Shown: one piece after another, positions 57,401 to 64,000 of the stretch
Layout of the letters: each line of letters begins with the position of its first letter
How positions within the stretch are numbered: the stretch's first letter is position 1
IMG/VR virus record: IMGVR_UViG_3300032782_000001
Coordinates: 186,001 to 250,000 of that record
Strand: one strand, 5' to 3'
DNA length: 64,000 nt
The notes under the pieces: model-generated
The model's input: only the letters and a program-made list of their open reading frames with translations
The model's database searches: none
Told to the model about the DNA's origin: nothing
Made by a program: the position numbers and the translations under genes

Positions 57401-57433
57401 GATAAACGATACTCAAGAGTAACGTTTTAGAGC

Positions 57434-57841
57434 ATGCTAATTGTCCAAGTCAACACTTTGCGTGACGGATCCCGGATTGAAGGGGCCAGGTGGGAAATCA
57501 AAAGCCTGACAAATGTTAGAGAAGGTCATCACATGCAAGTGAGCCTTCCCACGTCAGACGTCCACGTAATCAGTTACGTGAAGAAGCAGGCCAAACAAGA
57601 ACTCGGATTGGAGAAGGATGAAAATAAAGGGAAAAATGCCCACTCCGTGATTCTCAAATTCGTAGTAAAAGAAATTCGACATTTACTAGACACGACCACT
57701 AGTGATATGGATACAATGGTAACACTAGTACCCGTAGACAGGGTCGTGGAAGGCGTACTTACGTATCTACTTCACCCTGAGAAATGCGATCCTCGGTGGG
57801 TGCAAGTCATGAGAGGCAGCGCAACTGCTAATCCTACTTAG
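57434..57841 (+). CDS. Orphan 135-aa protein inserted on the opposite strand between hub and spike
   Basis: Exactly fills the gap; its stop overlaps the hub stop; -10-like TAACGT lies 8 nt before the ATG. Confidence 0.65.
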   Translation: MLIVQVNTLRDGSRIEGARWEIKSLTNVREGHHMQVSLPTSDVHVISYVKKQAKQELGLEKDENKGKNAHSVILKFVVKEIRHLLDTTTSDMDTMVTLVPVDRVVEGVLTYLLHPEKCDPRWVQVMRGSATANPT

Positions 57842-60800
57842 CCTTGACCAAGCCGAGTGCTATCACTTGAATAACCGGAAGGCGGAAGGCCCTTCGGATT
57901 CAGGACACTTGAAAGACTAGGTCCTGCGGCAGGTGGTTGGAATTGCGTTGCTTGAGATCCAGTGCTAACCCCGACCGGAATGAAAGCACCGGATGCCACT
58001 TGAGATCCAAGGCTGGAAAAAGCAGCACTGGCTTGTTGATTAATACTATCAATTTGCTGATTGAATGCCGTCAGTGCACTTTGGGCTTGTGTTAGATCAG
58101 GGGTGGCATCCGCATGAAGTGCCGCTAATGCATCTGTATCGCCTGAAGCGGCCCTATCAAAGAGACTTTGATATGGATTCCCGAGCATATTACTGAATGG
58201 AGATCCCGGACCACCAGCCGAATCTTCGGTAGTGAAGTCAATAGGTGCGCGACCAGCATTCGTCGCAAATTCTTCTCGTTGAAGGTTTTGCTGGTAATCC
58301 GTGTCGAATTTCTGAGAAAGATACTGATGTAAAATATTGAAGAATCCACTCGGATCTTGAAGTGCCTGGCTTACACCTGTAGCCACAAGAATGTCGGCTT
58401 GGGCGGTGTCAGCAAATGGGACACCAGTATTCGGATCAATATCAGGTACTTGAGCAGTCTTTTGAGTAACTCCAAGGACCTGGGAAATGAAAGACTGAGG
58501 AAGAACCGAAATCCAATTACTATTTCCGAGAGCGCAAGAACACGTGTTGGATTGAGATGAGTCCAGTCCATTTGTTTCAGTGGGACATAGATCTGATAGA
58601 AGTTGAGCCCGACTTGTAGCATCGGCCTCAGCATACACAGCTGTGCTAGAAGTAGTTACAGTCCCGCTACTATTCGATTTACTGACAGTGCTATTGATTG
58701 AAGCCGTGTATGTAGTCTGACTTGTGTAATTGATAGTGCTGGGGTCCACATTCCCATTCGGATAGTTTCCGCCCTTGAATGACGCTCCAGTCACATAATC
58801 ATCTGGTTGCATTTGATTAAATGCAACGTCAAATGATTGTGAATCGGGGCCTAAGGTAGTAGGTGGATTACTCGTCAGAAGACCACCTGTAGGGGCGAAT
58901 TGGATATTGATCTGATTGACAGTCCCGCTCGTGACCGGATCTTGAAGAGTAACTTTCCCACGGTCAATGAAGCATCCACGTCCATATCGATAATGACCGA
59001 TCAATTCAAATCCATATTCATCTGAAACGGGACGAACCATAATATTGATGTCTGGAAGAGTTTGGGTACTGCCAGCACTCTGAGCCTGAGCGAAAGCAAT
59101 GACGGTTCGTTGAGCGCTGACGGCTTGTTGAGCAGTTTGCAATGCAGATTTCGCAGTATCAGCGATAGCCTTTAAACTAGTATCAGTAGGATTGGCTAAA
59201 GAAGCGTTCTGTGCGGCAAGGAATGCTTTTTGTTTTGTGGCTAGGTCACTGACAAGTGGTTTTAGCGCATCGGTTGCACTTTGAACGCTTGTAGTGCTGC
59301 CAGCGGCTGAAGCTCCTGCCGCAGAAGTGCTTGAGCTAATGACAGCAGCAGTAGGACCACCGTCCGTACCGGTTCCCCAAGTTACAGAACCGGCGGGAAC
59401 TACTAAAAACTCTTTGAAATATGCATTTTGATCAAATGCGTAATCATAAAGACCCGCGTTACTAAACCCGGCTTCATATCGATGACACCTCAATCGATCA
59501 ATCAGCTGGGCCCTATTTCCATTCGCAATGGTTTTAAGAATGTCGCTCTGTTGATTCGCAGCTGCAAGAGGATTGAGTCCCTGTTGTGCAGCTTGCGTAG
59601 CCGTCGTACTACCAGCTTTTTGTTGTGCAACAGCCAGAAGGGTGTTATTTACAGACTGTCGGTATACCATGACAGCATTGGGGTATCCGAGAAGCTTGCC
59701 GGTCTTAGGATCACGAATGATAGCGGGTCCGCCAGATTGATCGTTGGAAGCTCCAGTATTATTGACAGTCTCACCGACTCCCGAAGGAAACTCAACCGAG
59801 AAAGTCGGTTGAGTTACCATGATGGGTTTGTTGGTCTTAGGATCCAAAGGTCCAGGAACACTCTTGGATCCGAGGCTGGTGATGCTACCAATATTGGTAG
59901 GAGCAATAAATTTAGATCGTTTAGCAGTCAAAGTTAAAGTAGTAGTAGCTTGTCCTCCAGGCGAGAAATTGTGAGAAATTCCTTGGATGTAGAAGAAAGA
60001 GTCATACTTGGGAAACCAGATGGGGAATCCCATCCGGAGTTCGGGGCGCATTGGAATAGTAACAGTCCCATTCTTGCGTTTGGAATTCACCCTATCAAGA
60101 TAATCAAGGAGATGATAGAAAAGCCTTCGCCCATTGGAAACCCACTCACATTGATAATCGAGACGTCGCCATCCATAACGGCGAAGAAGATGATAATCCA
60201 CAACACCCGTGCGGGGTGTAGTAATGTCATCGTTCAATCCGAGATCGTCGATACCGGCTGCACCGCTAAAAGCATTGCCGCTCCCCGTAATATGAGTATA
60301 AACCTCTGCCTCTGAATCAGTCACAGAGTCATCCATGACTTCAAAGTCTTGGACCCAACTTACGGGCTTGTTGGGAATGACGTTTAGATTATAAAACGGG
60401 GGTTTGAAGATAATATCCCCAGTCGTGTCACAGTAAAATTCAAACCCGGCCTGATCGCGAACTGTCATAGCAATGTTGAGTTTGCTCTGCATTTCGCTCT
60501 GAAGCATATTTACTTCGCCTGCTTTATTCAAATCAGTTTTGAAAGCATGGACTTGACTCGGGTCAATTCGGAACTGGGAAGTCAAAGGATTTAAGGTACT
60601 GGTATTTTTGGCTTCCTGCTCAAAAATGGTTTGCGAGATTTTGACTGGAGATACGGTAGCGGTATCTCCCGTAAATGTATACGCCTGTCCTGAAGATCCA
60701 TAGATAACGAGACTATTCCAAATGTTACCAAATTTGAGTTGCCAATAACCCATAATATCTTTCGCGTAAGAAGCGACAGACTGAGTTTCCGGACCCTTCT

Positions 60801-61416
60801 CTGGAAGATAGGAAGAATTGAATGAACCAGTGGTGAGTGACATATCGCCCATTGCATCTTTTGCTAGTGCAATGATGACAGTATATGGATTAGCACCGGC
60901 AAAAACATGTTGCCAGAGTTGGAATCCATTCTGTGACATGCTGGAATCGAGATAGGCAGGATTCACATTCACATTCGTGACTTCCCACCATCGCAAAATA
61001 TCTTTGCAATTTAGTGTAATACTAGTTACGCCATTCGACCAGTTCTTCGTAACTGAAGAAACCATTCCCCAGAAAATTCGATAATATTGAGGAATTCCGC
61101 CGATGAGGAAATAACCTTTCGCAAAAATTTCAATTTCCATCATCGGAATGATGATGAATTCACCATCAGAATAGAAATCGTTCTTGTCATTGTCCGGGAT
61201 CGACAAGTTAATAGTTGCGCTTCCAGGAGGGGAGTCAACTGTGGCCTCGGTACTGATACCGGTCACATAGGCATTAATGTCGATTTTCCGCTGACATTCA
61301 CCGCACGCAATGACGCTCGTCTCGCCTTGAACGGAGACATAGCAGTCGGGAGCCACGACAACGTATGGCCGGGCATTGGGAGTAAAACTTCCTCGAAAGG
61401 CAGAAGTCCTAGGCAT
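57838..61416 (-). CDS. Baseplate hub (gp27 / late-control D-like) with long C-terminal extension
   Basis: PGSATINL, MMEIEIFAKG, FWGMVSSV, FEFYCDTTGDIIFKPPFYN, RRYGWR, GTVTIPMRPELRMGFPI, FYIQGISHNF...TTTLTL. Confidence 0.82.
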   Translation of the reverse strand: MPRTSAFRGSFTPNARPYVVVAPDCYVSVQGETSVIACGECQRKIDINAYVTGISTEATVDSPPGSATINLSIPDNDKNDFYSDGEFIIIPMMEIEIFAKGYFLIGGIPQYYRIFWGMVSSVTKNWSNGVTSITLNCKDILRWWEVTNVNVNPAYLDSSMSQNGFQLWQHVFAGANPYTVIIALAKDAMGDMSLTTGSFNSSYLPEKGPETQSVASYAKDIMGYWQLKFGNIWNSLVIYGSSGQAYTFTGDTATVSPVKISQTIFEQEAKNTSTLNPLTSQFRIDPSQVHAFKTDLNKAGEVNMLQSEMQSKLNIAMTVRDQAGFEFYCDTTGDIIFKPPFYNLNVIPNKPVSWVQDFEVMDDSVTDSEAEVYTHITGSGNAFSGAAGIDDLGLNDDITTPRTGVVDYHLLRRYGWRRLDYQCEWVSNGRRLFYHLLDYLDRVNSKRKNGTVTIPMRPELRMGFPIWFPKYDSFFYIQGISHNFSPGGQATTTLTLTAKRSKFIAPTNIGSITSLGSKSVPGPLDPKTNKPIMVTQPTFSVEFPSGVGETVNNTGASNDQSGGPAIIRDPKTGKLLGYPNAVMVYRQSVNNTLLAVAQQKAGSTTATQAAQQGLNPLAAANQQSDILKTIANGNRAQLIDRLRCHRYEAGFSNAGLYDYAFDQNAYFKEFLVVPAGSVTWGTGTDGGPTAAVISSSTSAAGASAAGSTTSVQSATDALKPLVSDLATKQKAFLAAQNASLANPTDTSLKAIADTAKSALQTAQQAVSAQRTVIAFAQAQSAGSTQTLPDINIMVRPVSDEYGFELIGHYRYGRGCFIDRGKVTLQDPVTSGTVNQINIQFAPTGGLLTSNPPTTLGPDSQSFDVAFNQMQPDDYVTGASFKGGNYPNGNVDPSTINYTSQTTYTASINSTVSKSNSSGTVTTSSTAVYAEADATSRAQLLSDLCPTETNGLDSSQSNTCSCALGNSNWISVLPQSFISQVLGVTQKTAQVPDIDPNTGVPFADTAQADILVATGVSQALQDPSGFFNILHQYLSQKFDTDYQQNLQREEFATNAGRAPIDFTTEDSAGGPGSPFSNMLGNPYQSLFDRAASGDTDALAALHADATPDLTQAQSALTAFNQQIDSINQQASAAFSSLGSQVASGAFIPVGVSTGSQATQFQPPAAGPSLSSVLNPKGLPPSGYSSDSTRLGQG

Positions 61417-63173
61417 TAGATTCCCGCAGCTCCAGTAGGTGATTGACCGACGAATGAAACGCTTGAAGCAGGAGATGCAAAAGAAGAAATAACAGTCCTA
61501 TTGAAGCCAGGTTGAGTAGCTGCCACCGCAATATCGTTGATCTGATTCATGCCGTCCATTTCAATGTCATATCGGACGTTGAATTTGAAGCTATAACTCA
61601 AATTGTATGGCTTGTCAGCGTCATCATCTACTGAGAATTCATCAAAAGATCCGATGTACATATGATCGTCGTAATAAATATACAGACTAATACCAAGCAT
61701 GAGCACGCCAACAGACCCAGGAACTTCGGTGCCTGTGAAGATGGATCCGTTATTTTTGTAAATCATGACTAGAGATAGGAGATTCCTATACGCAATGCTT
61801 TGAATACGATTGAAGTTACTGAGACCACCGTTGGACCCTGAATCCATAACATACTGGGCCGCAGAAACACCGTTCCCCGAGATGGAAAGGGGCCGTTCCA
61901 ACCATAAATGGACGATATTCCCTTGACGGGTCTTGGGGCTATCGTCGGCAGAATATTCATAATCTCGAGTGAATTCACTCGGATTGATCATCATAAGCAA
62001 AGCTGGCATATCGTTCAAAGTCTGAATCTGAGCTTGAAGAGCAGAAGTCGTATCTTGGGCACTCTTAAGCCTGTCCCCGTCTTGGGAAGCCTGGACTGTC
62101 CTACCTAATCGAGTAGCTAGAGGATCCGCTGATTCATAATCCGTGATAACGCCAGAAGTCATCACGGCCGGAGCCATATTATCAGGCGTGGACAGACTTG
62201 TTTGAGGAGAGCCAGTAGACCCGAGAGGACTGTCACCAAATCGTTGATTATACCCAGCCAATTTGGAATCAAGAGCCTTCTGGTATTCTGCAGGATCCAA
62301 TCCGAAATAACCGGCCCGGCCTGGTGCATCAGGATTAGCAGCTGTAGGCCTAGGACCAGGAATAGGCTTCGTTGCATCAACAAATTCCTGAGAAGTCTGA
62401 GCGTTTGCCACTCCAGGCCAACCACGAATAATATTGGCAACTTGGAAATTGGCGCCATCTTGGAGGTTGTTGAAAGAGTTAAAGGCTACCTTAAAAGCCC
62501 TGCTTCCCGGACGTGGAGTCGTCGTATCTGATTCAAATCCTTTGGTACTATCTCTCCATATATAATAAGTCCCCGACGATGGAGGAACGAACCCAGGTGC
62601 GTCATTATTTACGTTATTGTCATCGAAGAATCCAATCGTCTGGCCGTAAGCATGGGTAGAACCCAGATTGAAATTGGTTGCACTAATCGTGTTCGGGTTA
62701 TTCCCTGCTCCGTTTTCTGTAAGGGTCTGCGCATACAGGAGAGAAAGGGTAGCTTCGGTAGGAGCTTGTCCAGTGGCGTTCACATAGCCGTTGTAAAGAG
62801 CCTGTCTCAGATCGCTTGCCGAGAAAGATTGATAGGCTCTAGGTTGCTCTCCACCGTTTCCTACGGATGGAACTTGACTCACCAGTCCAGCAGTACCTGT
62901 AGTTGATGGGGTAGTGCTAACCGCGGGAGGAACAGCGGTAGAAACTTTCTGGAATGGGACGTAGTTAACAGGAACGTCCGGAGGAATGATTCCCACCACG
63001 AATAACTTAGCATTCCGACGAGAAGCAGTGCCGGAAGAAAATTCACCGATGTCGGAATCTGAAGCCGCTGTATCAAAAGCAATTTGCTTTGCCAGAGCAT
63101 CAAGATATACGAGTACGTCCAGTGACGGAACTTGAATCTTCGGAACGATAGTGTTGGGTGCTGAAGTCGTCAC
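61416..63173 (-). CDS. Tail-tube-initiator-like protein fused to a GH73/FlgJ-like peptidoglycan hydrolase domain
   Basis: Middle: LYAQTLTENG...NFNLG...F..F..LQDG...EF...GYFGLDPAEY. C-terminus: LLMMINPSEF...K.TRQG.IVH.W...ISGNG...YIGSFDEFSV.DDA.KPY.L.YSFKF.V. Confidence 0.65.
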   Translation of the reverse strand: MTTSAPNTIVPKIQVPSLDVLVYLDALAKQIAFDTAASDSDIGEFSSGTASRRNAKLFVVGIIPPDVPVNYVPFQKVSTAVPPAVSTTPSTTGTAGLVSQVPSVGNGGEQPRAYQSFSASDLRQALYNGYVNATGQAPTEATLSLLYAQTLTENGAGNNPNTISATNFNLGSTHAYGQTIGFFDDNNVNNDAPGFVPPSSGTYYIWRDSTKGFESDTTTPRPGSRAFKVAFNSFNNLQDGANFQVANIIRGWPGVANAQTSQEFVDATKPIPGPRPTAANPDAPGRAGYFGLDPAEYQKALDSKLAGYNQRFGDSPLGSTGSPQTSLSTPDNMAPAVMTSGVITDYESADPLATRLGRTVQASQDGDRLKSAQDTTSALQAQIQTLNDMPALLMMINPSEFTRDYEYSADDSPKTRQGNIVHLWLERPLSISGNGVSAAQYVMDSGSNGGLSNFNRIQSIAYRNLLSLVMIYKNNGSIFTGTEVPGSVGVLMLGISLYIYYDDHMYIGSFDEFSVDDDADKPYNLSYSFKFNVRYDIEMDGMNQINDIAVAATQPGFNRTVISSFASPASSVSFVGQSPTGAAGI

Positions 63174-63176
63174 CGA

Positions 63177-63953
63177 TCACCTCAAGTTAGTGTTCGTATT
63201 GTTGTTCAACACGAAATTCGGACTGAAATTCGAGGCTTGATCCAGAGTCGGAGCTGGAATGTTGGGAGCACTAGCAGGACCAACTGTTGGAGCTCCCGTA
63301 TTCTGGAATACTTGAGTACCGGCCCCAATGGACAATCCGGTCTGAAGAGCATTTTGAGACCCGGCGAATCGATAGAGCGTAGCTTCTACTTTGAACTCCC
63401 AAGTAAGCTCAAAAGAATATGCATGAGAATCGTCTTCTTTAACTTGGAAAGTCCTGAAGCTCCCGAGATAAATCCCGCGGTCATAAACACACATGACACG
63501 ACCACGAATAGCGGGAGAACCGAAACCATCAAAAACGATCCCGTTATGTCGGAAGACGTCGAGCATGTCTTCTTGACGTTCCCAGGCCATCGATCCGTGT
63601 CTGCCAGTGGCACCTGGTTGAGAATCAAATCCACCAATATTGGATCCTGTGCCATCTGATCCAGAAGCAAGACCAATCAGTGGCCCTAAAAACGCACCTG
63701 TGGTACCTTCGGCAGAAAGTGTATCCAGTTCATCTGGCCAGATGAACTCAACAAATCCACCATAAGTCATGACGACGTTTTTGCTCTTCGTGAATTTTTC
63801 TCCGAAAGTCTTCGGATTCACATGCATTGCCAACAAGAAATTCCATATTGGTTGATTTGCGGGATCTACTACTTGAAATAGAATAGGCCTCCCAATTTGG
63901 CCAGTAAATGAATTATAAGAATCATTGATTGACGGGTTCGGCGTCCGAGGCAT
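63177..63953 (-). CDS. Tail-tube-initiator-like baseplate protein (gp48/gp54 analog)
   Basis: LAMHVNP..F...F.K...T.GGFVEF.W.DELDTLSAEGTTG...YLGSF..FQV.EDD.HAY.F...WEFKV; paralogous to the C-terminus of the next gene. The frame stays open to the window edge, so the start may lie further upstream. Confidence 0.7.
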   Translation of the reverse strand: MPRTPNPSINDSYNSFTGQIGRPILFQVVDPANQPIWNFLLAMHVNPKTFGEKFTKSKNVVMTYGGFVEFIWPDELDTLSAEGTTGAFLGPLIGLASGSDGTGSNIGGFDSQPGATGRHGSMAWERQEDMLDVFRHNGIVFDGFGSPAIRGRVMCVYDRGIYLGSFRTFQVKEDDSHAYSFELTWEFKVEATLYRFAGSQNALQTGLSIGAGTQVFQNTGAPTVGPASAPNIPAPTLDQASNFSPNFVLNNNTNTNLR

Positions 63954-64000
63954 GCGGACGTCGCCAGGGACAGTTAACCCCGTCGTCTGATTTTGTTGAA

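Noticed and set aside
6091-64000. Bacterial extracellular contractile injection system or tailocin rather than a phage
   Set aside because: Linked DnaB-like helicase, SNF2 and homing endonucleases, and no host housekeeping genes, favour a phage. Capsid and terminase genes are not in the window, so this rests on inference.
63954-64000. End of an upstream gene such as a tape measure protein
   Set aside because: Only 47 nt are visible; it could be a C-terminus (FNKIRRRG*) or an in-frame extension of the 258-aa gene.
1-64000. Stop-codon reassignment, tRNA or rRNA genes
   Set aside because: Long ORFs tile the window under code 11 with TAA, TAG and TGA all used as stops; gaps are short and I saw no cloverleaf by eye.

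Overview
This window looks like a segment of a very large (jumbo-type) contractile-tailed phage genome in the standard genetic code, with almost all genes on the minus strand. Positions ~6.1-64 kb form one virion module. Read in transcription order it contains two tube-initiator-like genes (one fused to a GH73-like peptidoglycan hydrolase domain), baseplate hub, gp5/VgrG-like spike, a three-repeat hydrophobic protein, large baseplate proteins, gp25-like, baseplate J and gpI-like wedge subunits, a collagen-like fibre, two proteins carrying an unusual His-pair repeat, a four-gene tandem paralog array, further fibres and a beta-helix tailspike. Two free-standing GIY-YIG homing endonucleases and one opposite-strand orphan gene interrupt it. 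Positions 1-4.5 kb hold a replication cluster: a DnaB-like helicase truncated at the window edge and missed by the ORF track, a DnaC-like protein with decayed ATPase motifs, NADAR and an SNF2 ATPase. Two lipoprotein genes lie at the junction; one is a myxobacterial-style Cys-rich protein, hinting at a Myxococcota host. The best candidate for an undescribed system is an elaborate baseplate periphery built from single-chain pseudo-trimers: 21 copies of a ~41-aa helix-His-loop-His repeat, mostly grouped in threes (predicted 6-His metal sites), plus a three-repeat non-PAAR spike-cap candidate and four diverged receptor-binding-like paralogs. All product calls come from reading motifs by eye; no database searches were run.
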